A DNA stretch of 64,000 nt from positions 46,562,001 to 46,626,000 of the forward strand of contig OZ024744.1 of the NCBI GenBank assembly GCA_964016885.1, read 5' to 3'. The stretch's first letter is position 1. The number at the start of each line of letters is the position of its first letter. The stretch is from Eledone cirrhosa (lineage: Eukaryota). The notes under the pieces were generated by a model. It made no database searches, was not told the origin of the DNA, and was given only the letters and a program-made list of their open reading frames with translations. Made by a program: the position numbers and the translations under genes. Positions 12,534-25,899 of this stretch are shown here, piece by piece.

Positions 12534-13010
12534 GTATAATAAACAATACAATATAATTACCTCATTACCAGAGGTTTCCCGAATAAGACGAATACAAGAA
12601 ACGTCCGCATTCGTTCGTCAGACAAGGCAATTTAAAAGATAGTGAAATATTTGAAAAATCTCAAGAAAGGCTAAAAGTTTAACGGGCAAGAAAAAAATAA
12701 GTGTGATTTCGTGTATGGGTATGACACAAAACAAATTCAAAACGCGATATTACTCACATGTCGCATCTTTCCGACATCCTGAAAAAAGATTTACAACAGC
12801 TCTGGCTAGCAGAATATGGGATATGAAGGACCAAGGTATCCAATATAAATTAGATTGGTCAATTTTGAACCAATCTAAAGAATACGCAAGAGGAACAAGA
12901 AGATGCGCACTATGCATAAGTGAAAAATATTGGATTTTTTTATTTGGATATAACGGCGATGAATTAGTTTTGCGAGGTTTTTGATATGAAATCGTGTGTC
13001 GAAACAAATA
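12531..13010 (+). mobile_element. 5'-truncated Penelope-like element: inverted pLTR (12531-12690) plus GIY-YIG C-terminus
   Basis: GMTQNKFKTRYYSHVASF...LASRIWDMK...CALCISEK is a Naiad-like endonuclease. The upstream segment is the reverse complement of 18840-19000. Confidence 0.85.
12555..12632 (-). ncRNA. Hammerhead ribozyme motif (family 2, inverted copy)
   Basis: Reverse complement of 18898-18975. Confidence 0.7.
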
Positions 13011-13935
13011 TTGTTATACTTGGGGAGGGTCATATGTGTGTGATAATATTGCCAGAATTAATAACAGAACGCACTCACTGTTTGGTTGGTTTTCGCTTCT
13101 GTGTCTTTTATATCGGTTAATTTAATTTATTCGGTCCTCAATGTTACCATTGACTGACCAACGGTCAAAAATACAGATACAATATAGACACAAACACATA
13201 TATATAGTCTAACAAAGTTCTTTCGTTGGCATGTTCGTATAGTACTATACGAACATGCCAGATAACAATACGACGGTAACATAGATAACATAGAAATTAG
13301 AATAATATCTAAACATAGAAATGATCCAGCAGATAGGCAAATCAGAGAGGTCAGTGAAATAGAACTTAGAAGGCCAAGGCTAAACAGAAAAAAATGAATG
13401 GAGTAACAACACCCAAACAAACAACACTGACCTAAGAGAAGTATAAATAAATAAATACATATACAAGCACAATAACAACAAACACATATAAACACACACT
13501 AGTTAACTAAGATAGAATACAATAACCAATACACAGTCACCCAAACACGAACACACATCAAACAAAACACTATACACACACGCAAACGCATGCGCAGGGA
13601 AGACAAAAAATAAAAAAATAAACAAATAAATAAATAAATAAACAGACTAAATAAACATCGCGTAGGCATACAATACAACGGGAGGAAACATAATGGCACC
13701 ACTGACGATGTTGCAGATGTGCAACGAATGAATTTTTGTTAGACTATATATATGTGTTTGTGTCTATATTGTATCTGTATTTTTTACCGTTGGTCAGTCA
13801 ATGGTAACATTGAGGACCGAATAAATAAAATTAACCGATATAAAAGACACAGAAGCGAAAACCAACCAAACAATGAGTGTGTTCTGTTATTAATTCTTGC
13901 AATATTATTACCCAAATATGACCCTCCCCAAGTAT

Positions 13936-13942
<7 letters not shown>
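13008..13942. repeat. Inverted repeat, ~220-bp arms (13008-13228 / 13722-13942)
   Basis: atattgttatacttggggagggtcatat... is mirrored by ...atatgaccctccccaagtataacaatat. The right arm ends in (TA)n. Confidence 0.92.
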
Positions 13943-13992
<50 letters not shown>

Positions 13993-14411
13993 CAGTTATA
14001 TGGTCACTGGTTAAATATACGTAGTAGTATATTTAGCGTAACAATTACATCATAACTCAAGAAAATGCATGCTGGATTACTACAATAAACAACCACTCCA
14101 TGCAGAAAGTCACAGGTCAACATTAAAACCTTGTTCAAGAATCATTTCAAGCCAATTCACCACACACAATTCTGTCACCAACATGTGAATAGAACTTCAG
14201 GTCACAGCAAAAACGATCAGCACAACCAACGAGTCTAAACAAAACAAACGGAAATCAGCACTCGTGTACCAATTGTTAAATACACTAAATATCTTAGCAT
14301 GTTTTCTAAAAATGGTCAAATTCAAATATATAATCAGAGATGAAATGGAATAGATACAAAATAAAGATAAAATTACAAATACAGTCTACATACCACTAAA
14401 ATTAAATTAAA

Positions 14412-14552
14412 ATAATTGTTTCTACTATTGGCACAAAGCCAGCAAATGACCCAGTACATTACTGGTACTTTATTTTATCGACCCCGTAAGGATGAAAGGA
14501 AACGTTAACCTCGGCGGGATTTGAACTCAGAATGGCAAGGGCCGTAACTGGC
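14412..14552 (-). mobile_element. SINE fragment (family also at 32.4, 39.9, 42.8, 48.3 kb)
   Basis: ctggtactttattttatcgaccccgtaaggatgaaagg...cctcggcgggatttgaactcaga. Confidence 0.9.
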
Positions 14553-14814
14553 TTAGAGCATTTTACTTTATTTAGCGCCACTCAACTCTGTGTACATAAA
14601 TTGATGACGTCTTAGTTGTTACAGAAAAAGGTTGTTCTCATGTGGTCTCTGTGTACATTAAATGATGTTTCAGCTGTTAAAGAGGTGACGTTGTACTCAA
14701 GATGTGAATGAAATGGGGATAACTCTGATTATTCATCTAATAGGTATTTAATTCAGACTAATATCAGATGAAAGAGAAATTAATATAAGTAGAAAAATTA
14801 TAAGTTCAGTAACT

Positions 14815-16395
14815 TCACCCCATCCTACCTCCCCCCAGTCCCTACCCCACCAACACCGCACTAACACACATCCCACCACATTACTCCACCCCATAGCCCA
14901 CTATACCCTGGTAGATCTAACCACATCACACCCCTCCAAACCACAATACAATACACACCATAACACTAAACTACAGGATATCACCCCTACACCAATAGAC
15001 ACCGCAATACTCCACCACATCACACCACACCAATCCCTCAGACAACCAAACCACTCGACACCACACTATACCACACCACGCCATACCGCTCCACCGATTC
15101 AACCACCATATACCACGCCACACCACAAGAAGACACACCACACACCGTTATAACCTACCACTCCCAGAAGCATTATACTACTGTATACCCCATCCCACTT
15201 CACTGCCCAGGACCAGTAAAACATATCCAACCTCAAACTACGCACTTCAATATTGGGAAAAATTAGACAGCGTTACACCACACAACACCACACCAAACCA
15301 CAGTACACCAGACTACAACACTAAAAACACACCCCACCGCCATACCCAATCCTCACAAAATTACAAACACTACATAATACTACACCTCACCACACCTCAG
15401 CAAATCATACCAAATTCCCTTACACCACCCTACACTACAATACATCACATCACACTAAAATATCCCACTCCTCACCACGCTGCACTACATTACTACACAC
15501 TAGATCCCACCTCACCATACACAGCCACATCACCTCATACCACACTATACTACCACACAACACAACCACATACTTCTCACACCTACCCAAACTCAAAAAC
15601 TCACCACTGCAGACTATATTATTCCACACCTTAGTCCAGTGAGTATAGCAACTGAAGCTGCCCCAGTGCGCAACAATGTCCGACACCTCATTTCAATCAT
15701 CACAATACAGCACATCACATCATAACACTACATTACACTCCACCCTACTAATCCACTGGACACCTATTCATACTACCCAACACCTAGCTATACTACACTA
15801 CATTCCACCACATTGCAAACATTCGATTCAACCACACCAATGCCATCACCCCTACTACAGTACGCCTATACACTCCACAACAAATCAAATCAAGTACACC
15901 GCAATACGTCACACGACCCTATCAACTACACCACAGGATACTGTACTATATTACACTACACTAAACCATAATGCTAAGCAACATTGGATAGTACACCAAA
16001 GCACACTGCACTATACATATCCAAGTATACAACACCACATCATCCCTTACCAGGTCCTAACTAAATAAAACTATCTTACACTTCAGTACACAACATCGCC
16101 CTTGTCCATACCGTAGTACAGCACAAATAGCTCGATAAGATACATCACAGTTCACCACTCAATACATCATTACACTACAATAAAATACAAGTATCACACC
16201 ACACCTCTGTACACCACACCTCTCCACACCATCCTTCATCACCGCGCACTACACTACACTATATCACAGATATTATACCACAATACACTACACCACACCC
16301 AGATACACCCACACTAAAGTACACCAGAGCCACACTAATTACACCACCCCATACATTCAAAACCATACCACAATAGACTACACCAATATACACAC
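14815..16395. repeat. Old degenerate C/A-rich pentamer satellite (ACACC/ACACT-like)
   Basis: G-poor plus strand with residual 5-bp periodicity. Confidence 0.8.
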
Positions 16396-16469
16396 AATGA
16401 ATTCAATAGGGTCAAGCAGCGGTACTGTATAAGGAGGAGTGATACATCAGCAGAACTAACTAATAGGTT

Positions 16470-18110
16470 TATAGTGGTAAAATGAATGAAGTTTCATGTG
16501 AATACAAGATGCGAAAATCTCAGATTTCCTATTCAGTAATTCGCAGTTAGAGTAAACTATGGCATGAGACTCAAGCAGGCAGAGGTTACAAGTTTTGATC
16601 GGGGGGCGTTAGGGTGTCGATTTAGTTACCAACCTCCAATTGAGTGTTTAATCTATACCATCATATTTTAAAGAGTGAATATATTTAGCTAAGGGAGGTA
16701 GCATTTTTAAGCCTATCATATCTAAAAGTATAATTGTGGGAGTTAAATCTACTTTTAAAAGCTGTAGAGGTAGAACCCACATATGTCTTAGTTGAGGTTG
16801 TTGTTACAACATCACATGCTTAAACAATATTCCTCATAAGGCAATTGCCTTTTAAAGGGCAATTTCCACTGCTTCTATAATTACAACTACGGTATGTGTC
16901 GTTATACATACCTTGGGATGGCTTATTGTTCAAACCCATTTGACTTGTAATGTGTTCAACAGATGTGATGTCAGCAATCTGCAGTACCGCACTAGCCAAT
17001 CTTTTAGGTTGCTGTTGGTTACTCACAGTTTTAATATTTTCAAAACCTACACTCATTTTCTGATTATTAGTATGTGCCAGGTGGTAAGCTAGGTTTGGTG
17101 TAGTGGAGTACGATAATTTAATTGTGTTTTTATTGAATATACAATGGTATCTGCTACCCGGCGGGAAGTTGTTTTCTAGGATTAAGAAGAATGTTTTTGG
17201 TATATTAGTTACGACCTCAGAGTTATATGGTGGGATAAAAAAAGGTGTTCATTCTTTTTCTATTTTTTTCTATTTTTCCCCACTACAGTCCGGTTCACAC
17301 CAGGGCTACTACTCTCGCCTACGCATACAGAACTAAGTCCACCATAAATTGGTCGTGAAATTCTCCCATTACATAGGTCAATATGTCTATCTAATACTCT
17401 ACTATGAGTGTGTTTTCCAAATCTTACAGCACTTCCATTAGTGTAACCATTAGAAGTATTTGGAGGATGCATATTAGGGCCATTCAGTCTAGGCTGAGCT
17501 AATCACAACATTTGTCCTATCTAGAGTTTTATTACTTTTATAATTATAATTAAAATTTAAAGACATATTATGCGTAATAACATTATTATGCCTAGCTACC
17601 GTGGATTGGGAGTTAGCAGGTACGTAAAATAGTTTATTTTTATATCCAGACTTAGCTAATGCAACATTATAATAATCTACATTAGAGTTGAAAATATCTT
17701 CACTACATGATAAACGGCTGATCCTATTAGATACTCCCTTAACAATAGCATTCAGTGCAGATTTAGGCTGGTTGGATTCAGCATGTACATAAGTTAGTCA
17801 CTCATTAGGTTTATTATATGCTGTCTAAATCCTATTTCCTAGATCAAGTGTTGCATCCAAGAAATTTACTGTTTTATTATTCTTATCTATCGTAATATTA
17901 AGGTTATAACCGTTAAAGAATTTGCGTAGGGCCTTCTTTGTCCTCTCAATATTGAATTATTTATGCTCAAGGGTAGGGAGGGCATCATCTCGGTATAAAC
18001 CACCGCATAGGTATGGAAGTGGCTTATGGAGTTCATGGATTAGGTAAAGTCCGACCAAATTAGTTACCTGAGCAGAGTTCGCAGATCCCATTGTGATATC
18101 AAGGTTGTTA
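16470..18110 (-). mobile_element. Penelope-like element (Naiad-type RT plus GIY-YIG), 5'-truncated, degenerate
   Basis: Minus strand reads DITMGSANSAQVTNLVGLYL...GGLYRDDAL, then CPLKGNCLMRNIV, YVGSTSTAFKSR and CNLCLLE...EIFASCIH. Confidence 0.9.
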
Positions 18111-18897
18111 GTGTTATATATATATATTTATATGGTCGCGTGCGTGCGTGTGAATAGATGTGCATGTATGTATGTATATGTGTATATGTATGTATGTATG
18201 CGTGTATGTGTATGTATGCTTTTCTGCACGTGTTTTTGACTATGTATATATATTTATATATATGTATGTGTGTATGAGCTTGTTCCCGTATATGCATGTT
18301 TTCTACTTTTTATTTATTTTTTCTAGTGTTACTTTATATATTACAACCCCCCCCCCTCTTACTTTCTCTTTGCCTTAATTTTTTATTCTTATCTTATATA
18401 TTATTTCATTTATTCATCATATTTTATATTTGTATCGACCTTGTGTCTGACACTGCGTTGACTTCATACACTCCCTTCCCTGTATATACCACATACATGT
18501 ATGTGGTTGCGCGTGTGTGTATGTTTATACGCGTACGTCCTTTCATCCTTGTATGTGTATATATTTCTGCCCTTAGTCGCCGAGTCTGTATGTACGCTAA
18601 CTCCATTATCTTACAATTTCTATTTTCAACATATATTTATATATATTTATTTGTGATCAAACATACACTAATATATTTGACCTCATGTATGTACTTACGC
18701 ACACATTTGTTCACTATACACATGTAGTTGTACATACACACACATGTACATGTGTATGTGCATATACACACATTCCCTTACTATATTTCTTTATTTTTAT
18801 TTTTTTATACATTTCTTGTATTATTACTTTTATTTTTTTTGCCCGTTAAACCTTTAGCCTTTCTTGAGGAGATTTTTTCAAATATTTCACTGTTTTA

Positions 18898-18975
18898 AAT
18901 TGCCTTGTCTGACGAACGAATGCGGACGTTTCTTATATTCGTCTTATTCGGGAAACCTCTGGTAATGAGGTAATT
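18898..18975 (+). ncRNA. Hammerhead ribozyme motif (family 2)
   Basis: aattgccttgt-CTGACGA-[cgaat..gacg/cgtc..attcg]-GAAA-cc(tct)gg-TA-atgaggtaatt. Stem I is 11 bp including G-U pairs; cleavage triplet GUA. Confidence 0.75.
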
Positions 18976-19078
18976 ATATTGTATTGTTTATTATACATTA
19001 AATATTTAGCTCTGTAACTTACATAGAGCACTCTTCATTCCTCTGATTTTTCAATTTTCAACGGAAACTTCAATACTT

Positions 19079-19142
<64 letters not shown>

Positions 19143-19357
19143 TATTTACGTATCGAGAGAGAGAACAAAAGGGGAGGATAGGTGATACATATAGTTATTT
19201 GCCAAGTAGCGTATGCCAAAGGTGCTCGATACTAGAGCCGGCAGTATTAAATATTCGAAGTGTTAATATTTAGTGGGCTTGAGAGTTAGCAGAGCGTAAG
19301 CACGTGGAAAAGTAAGAAATCGGAGAATAGACCGTTAAAACATGTTTATTTAAAACA

Positions 19358-19397
19358 GCACCTACGTACGTTTCACCCAGTTGGGCTTCTCAAGGGC
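19358..19397 (-). ncRNA. Variant hammerhead motif (family 3, mirror copy)
   Basis: gccc-TTGAGAA-gccc(aact)gggt-GAAA-cgtacg-TA-ggtgc on the minus strand. Confidence 0.65.
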
Positions 19398-19614
19398 ATA
19401 AATAACCAAAAGTCTTCCTTACATTGCTCGGAAAGAGTTTTGGGGGTTAAATTCACGTCAAGGTTCATTGCTCGCAAAAATAGCTTGTTTTGATTTTGCA
19501 GCAGGACCTGCTGCAAAATCAAAACAAGCTATTTTTGCAAGCAATGAACCTTGACGTGATGTTAACCCCCAAAACTCTTTCCGAGCAATGTAAGGAAGAC
19601 TTTTGGTTATTTAT

Positions 19615-19654
19615 GCCATTGAGAAGCCCAACTGGGTGAAACGTACGTAGGTGC
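19615..19654 (+). ncRNA. Variant hammerhead motif (family 3; U3-A8 core)
   Basis: TTGAGAA core (compensatory C3U/G8A), 4-bp stem II, palindromic stem III acgtacgt, triplet GUA. Confidence 0.6.
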
Positions 19655-19734
19655 TGTTTTAAATAAACATGTTTTAACGGTCTATTCTCCGATTTCTTAC
19701 TTTTCCACGTATATATATATATATATATATAAGA

Positions 19735-22650
19735 GTGTGTTAAAGTTTGCTTGAAGCATTGTGGAATAATAAAATTGGTTGTTTGGAAGCCTCAACAATG
19801 CAGTTGGGTAAATCTCAGGGTAACAGAATCAGGTGGTAATGAGCGAGAGATGTAAGAGGAAATGTAGAATGAGACGTAGAGGGTGTAGAATGTAGGAAAG
19901 AGTGTAAAAAAATAACACGAGATAGAGAAGTTACCTTGGAAGTGATTTAATTGTCCCTATATTTTGGATTTCGCATCCATCAACTGGGGGCTTTCCGAGG
20001 GGGAAAGTTTTCTTTTTTTTTTGTCGGAGAGGGTCAACACGTGGCCCCTGTTGTTTACCGTGTGCATACGACTGAACTACTCTGTAGGATGCGCGTGCGC
20101 GCGGAATAGCTGCGGTCAGATAAAGGTCGAGGCAATTATTCTATACCAGAGTAGTGGGGTGGTGATGTGTCAATGCGTACGTATCTTCGCTGTCAATTTC
20201 TTATATTCGGTCTTTGATACTGGCAGGCATGTTATTATTATAGGTAGTCTGCTTGCTTGTTGTCTGTCAGTCGGTGGGTTGTGGACTCGATATATACAAA
20301 ATAACGATCTCTCGATTGCTACTGTGTGTGTGTTGTTGTTGTTTCATTTGTCACACCAGCCATCTCGCCTCACTTTTCTCGGATCGGTTATTTATTTGTG
20401 GTCCGAGGCGTTTGATCCGAAGTGCTTCCTAGATTCTTAAAGAGCTGACGTTGTGTTCCGTCGCTAACACTATGGCAATGGGCCTTCCGTCTTTGTTTCT
20501 GCATTTGATTATATGTTTCCGGAAAGACGAGGCCCTAGTGTTGATGTGTTCCTTGATCCGGACATGTAGTGGCCAGATGGTGCTACTGATGTAGAAGTCG
20601 TTACACTTGTCATTCTACCTTGTAGACGGCGTACGTGTGTAAGCAACACTTCCTCTGGCACATCGGACAGTTTCTGAGGGTACACGTGTCAGCCAATTTT
20701 TCTGGTTTCCTGGAGAGGCATCCTTGTAGGGAGGGCCCCGAGTGGGCCAAGTAGATGTCGAAACCCTCCCTCCGTATGGCTGTGGATAGCGTTGGTAGTT
20801 TCTCGTCCAGGTGCTGGATTTTAAGGAAGCACTTGCCTTGGGTGTTTCTCTGCCTCTTTGGTCTGGTGTCCCTTATTCTGCTTGTAAATGATGCTGGGTA
20901 TCTATTCATCCCCCAGCACCCTGTGGAACCGCTTGGTATGGGCGACACTACTCACGGGATCTCTGAATCTATTTTTTATCCGCATGATCCCGTTCGTGAT
21001 GTACCCTCTTTTAGCACTCTTAGTGAGGGCAGATTTGTAGTAGACGAACAAGTCCCTACAGGCTGCCTTGCGGTAGAAGTTGGTGTTGATACCTCCATGC
21101 TCTGTGATGTTGATTCGGAAGTCGAGGAGGGCAAGGGACCCGTCGTCATTGGGGTGTTCAACACTGAAGTCAATATTCTCGTCCGTGTTGCTGAACGTCT
21201 CGTAAATACCTTTTGCTATCTCCTGGGAAGATGTGAAGATGAGGATATCGTCCACGTATCTTGAGAAGAAGGCGACGGCGTTGGGGTGGCAGGTGCTGAG
21301 TGTCTTGCGTTCGAAGTTGTCCATGTACAAGATCACTAGCACACCTGACAGTCTTGAGCCCTTGGGCAGCCCTTAGGTCTGTTGGTATGTATGGTCGAGA
21401 AAATTGAAATATGTGTTGTCAACGACAACAGATAGGAGCTGGTGGATGTCACTGGGGGTAAGCCCGAAGCAGTATGCCGAATGCCGCGACCGAGGTGTAG
21501 AGGGCGACCACATCAAGGCTGAAGGCGTACCTGTTAGCCTTTCGGGTGTCGGTATCCATTTGGTGTAGACGCTCCAACTATCCTCGGAACTGTTGACGTG
21601 ACCCGGCAAGGTGTTCAGTAGGGGTTTAAATATTTTGGCTAGGAGCCATTAAATTTTGTAGAGCAGTCCTTCCACGAGCGATACAATAGGCCTGATTTTC
21701 AGGTCGGGTCCCTGTTTGTGGGTTTTCACGAGGTGACAGAAGGCGGGTAGTCTGCTGTTCCTCGCGAGGAGTTTGTTTTTAAGCTACTTCGGGAAGTTCT
21801 GCCAGTCGCACATGTTGGTCCAGGCGGCGCTGATGTACTCTTCGATCTGCGCGGGAGTGATCCTGTGACTTTAGAGTAGAGACTGTCATTGTCAAGGTGT
21901 TGGAGGGCTAGGGTGTTGTAGGCCTCTCTGCTGATGACGCAGAATTATTTTCCCTTGTCAGGGGGGAGGTAGATGAGGTCCTCAATTTCACGTTGGAGTG
22001 GTGAGTTGAGATTTAGTGAGGATGTGTGTTGTGCGTGTGTGTGTTTATGTAAGATTTCAGAGATGGAGTGTTTCAACCTGATGAGTTTCGTGTCGAGTTC
22101 GTGGTTGGTGGGTGGGGGTTGAATGGGTTATCGGGGTATTAAGTGGGGAACTTGGGGCGGGTTGTGTGGGTGCCGTCATTTTCCGTGGTGCTGTTGATGG
22201 CGGTCACCCATTTAAGTTGGTAGGCGATTTGGCAGAAGTTGACTTCGATGTCGATTTTAAGTCTTTCATCAAGCCGCTAGGTGACGAGGAACTTGGGACA
22301 GAGGCGTAGGAGTTCCAGCTCGTCGTTCCCTTACGGATGCAAACAATTCCTGGCTCAGGTGTAGGGATAAGAGAGATTTGAAGTTTACTTGAAGGATTGT
22401 GGAATAATAAAATTGGTCGTTTTGGAAGCCTCAACAATGCAGATGGGTAAATCTCCGGGTAACTGAACTACTCTGTAGGGCGCGCGTGCGTGCAGAATGG
22501 CTACAGTCAGACAAAGGTCGAGGCAGTTCTTCTATACCAGAGTAGTGGGGATGGTGATGTGTCAATGGGTGCGCATCTTCGCTGTCAATTTCATATATTC
22601 GGTCTTTGATACTGGCAGACATGATGTTATTATAGGTAGTCTGCCAAAAC
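19735..22650 (-). mobile_element. Near-complete Penelope-like element with direct pseudo-LTRs (22380-22645 and 19740-20252)
   Basis: HLVKTHKQGPDLKIRPIVS; GLPKGSRLSGVLVILYMDNFE...FFSRYVDDIL; LALLDFRI; CPMC...AVYKVE..CNDFYISST..LHVRIKEH (GIY-YIG); terminal direct repeats. Confidence 0.92.
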
Positions 22651-22836
22651 GTGGTGCCAAGCGGTATCGGCTGGTGACGCGGTCCTGACGTTATCTATCT
22701 CTATACCCACTCTGCATCTATCAAAGTATTCAGTACTCCCAAGGTTAGAGGGCTCAGCGGTATCAGCATCGCACACACCTTCTATGTATATATGTAAATA
22801 TATCTTTACAAAGACACACAGTTATATAAATTCACC

Positions 22837-22895
<59 letters not shown>

Positions 22896-23144
22896 TCACA
22901 GACAAAAATACACACACACATACCCCCCACGCGCGCACGCACACACGCACACACAGAAAATTACACAAAACCTAACAGACATTCCGACCAGAACATTCCA
23001 GAACAGACCTTCTGAGTACCAAGCCCCAAATAGGAAAAAGCAATCTTGACATGAGGAGGTGTATGTTATAGATATTTACAGAAACAAATGTTCCACGATA
23101 TACAATGTAAACAAAACACAGGCTAGATCAAGGTCAGATACACG

Positions 23145-25172
23145 ACAACCTACTACAATATATCAGATCACGCTACAATATATCACACCACACTACAATA
23201 TACCACACTACACTACACTATATCACACCATACTACAATATACAACACCACATTACAATATATCACACCACACTACAATATATCAAATCACACTACACTA
23301 TACCACACGACACTACATTATACACACAACACTACACTATATCACACCACACTACAATATATCACACCAAACTACAGTATACCACACCACACTACAATAT
23401 ATCACACCGCACTACACTATATCAGACCATACTACAATATACCACACCACATTACAATATATCACACCACACTACAATATATCAAATCACACTACACTAT
23501 ACCACACCATACTACATTATACCACACCACACTACACTATATCACACCACACTACAATATATCACATCACACTACACTATATCACATCACACTACACTAC
23601 ATCACATCATACTACACTATATCATATCGCACTACAATATGCCACACCACACTATAATATACCACACCACACTACAATATACCACACCACACTACAATAT
23701 ATCACACCACCCTATATTATACCACACCACACTACAATATACTACATCACACTACAGTATATCACACCACACTACAATGTACCGCACCACATTACTATAT
23801 ATCACACCACACTACAATATACCACATCACACTACAATATACCACACTACACTATTTCACATCACACTACACTATATCACATCACACTACAACATATCAC
23901 ACCACACTACACTATATCACACCACAATACAATATGCCACATCGCACTACACTATATCACACCACACTACAATACATCACACCACACTACAATATATCAC
24001 ACCATACTACAATATATCACACCACACTACTATACATCACACCACACTACAATATAACACACCACACTACAATATACCACACCGCACTACACTATACCAC
24101 TCCACACTACAATATACCACACCACACTACAATATATCACACTACACTACAATATATCGCACTACCCTACACTATACCATTCCATATTACAATATATCAC
24201 ATCACACTACAAAATATCACACTACACTACAATATAACACACCACACTACACTATACCACACCACTATACAATATATCACAGCTCACTACTATATATCAC
24301 ACTACACAACACTATACTACTCCACACTACACTATACCACTCCACACTTCAATATACCACTCCACCCTACAATATACCACACCACACTACAATATACCAC
24401 ATCACACTACAATAGGCCACTCCACCCTATAATATTCCACACCACATTACACTATACCACACCGCACTACACTATACAACACCACACTACTATATATCAC
24501 ACCACACTACACTATACCACTCCACACTACTATATATCACACCACAGTACACTATACCACTCCACACTACAATATATCACACCACACTACAATGTATCAC
24601 ACCACACTACACTATACCACTCCACACTACAATATACCACTCCACACTACACTATACCAAACTACATTACAATATATCACATCATACTACACTATACCAA
24701 ACCACACTACACTATATCAATCCACACTAAAATATACCACACCACACTACAAAATATCACACTACTCTATACCACACCACACTACAATATATCAATCCAC
24801 ACTACAATATACCACACACCACAACACTATATCGCACCACACTACAATATACCACATCACACTACTATATATCACATCACATTACACTATATCCCACCAC
24901 ACTACAGTATACCACACCACACTACACTATACCACTCCACACTACAATATACTACTCCACACTACAATTTATCGCGCTACACTAAAATATACCACACTAC
25001 GCTACAATATATCATAGCACTCTACAATATAGCACACCACACTACACTATACCACTCTACACTACAATATACCACACCACACTGCTATATACCACACCAG
25101 ACTACACTATACCTCACTACAATATACCACAGCACACTATAATATACCACACCGCACTACAATATATCACTC
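23145..25172. repeat. Pentamer-based satellite with ~20-bp higher-order unit (ccacactacaatatatcaca)
   Basis: Clear 5- and 20-bp periodicity. The long H/T/Y/I ORFs arise from the absence of stop codons. Confidence 0.95.
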
Positions 25173-25209
25173 AAACTGCAACAAAAGATGAAAAAATCTC
25201 CCTCGAACC

Positions 25210-25897
25210 GGTCTGCACTTTAGTTGAGAGTGCTGACGACTTGACAGGTGCAGTATTCCCAGAGTTGAGCACTAACTACCAAAATCCAAACTGGCTGTGC
25301 GAAAGGGCAATACTGGCTCCGAAAAATGAGACTGTCGACAAAATCAACGGACAACTGCTTAAGTCTCTTCCTACAGCTTCGTGTACATACAAGTCCATCG
25401 ATACAGTCACAGACCCCATTAATTACCCAATTGAGTTTCTTAACTCCTTGAACCCCTCCGGGTTGCCATCTCATCGATTGGAACTTAAGCAAGGATGCCC
25501 AATTATGCTTTTGAGGAATCTACACCCACCAAAACTCTGCAACGGCATCCGCCTTACAGTAAATAAACTAACGCAAAACTTGATCGAGGCGACGATTCTC
25601 TCGGGGTGTGGAAAGGGGGAAAATGTTTTTATCCCAAGGATTCCCCTTTGTCCGTCAACATCAGAGACCCTCTTTTCATTTAGGAGGCTCCAATTTCCAG
25701 TTCCTTGTAGTTTCGCTATGACGATAAATAAGTCTCGGGGGCAAACATTGTCCGTCGCAGGAATAAACCTAGAAGACCCATGCTTTTCGCACGGTCAGCT
25801 ATACGTTGGATGTTCGAGAGTGGGAAGCAAAAGAAACCTTTATGCATTTGCTTCAAACGGTAAAACCACAAACATTGTGTACCAAGAAGTTCTGTAA
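25210..25897 (+). pseudogene. Helitron PIF1-like helicase C-terminal fragment
   Basis: WLCERAILAPKN, YPIEFLNSLNPSGLPSHRL, IMLLRNL.PPKLCNG.RL, FAMTINKS.GQTL, HGQLYVGCSRV. Confidence 0.93.
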
Positions 25898-25899
25898 TC

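Larger units (their letters stand above)
19302..19710. repeat. Near-perfect 409-bp palindrome (204-bp arms, 1-nt spacer at 19506)
   Basis: Centre ...ttgcagcagg-a-cctgctgcaa...; only a few mismatches; (TA)n follows directly. Confidence 0.97.

Noticed and set aside
23059-25142. Long His/Thr/Tyr-rich ORFs up to 402 aa
   Set aside because: The pentamer satellite is open in several frames and nothing suggests real coding.
25241-25897. Host PIF1 helicase gene
   Set aside because: It is an intronless C-terminal fragment with Helitron-type motifs in a transposon context.
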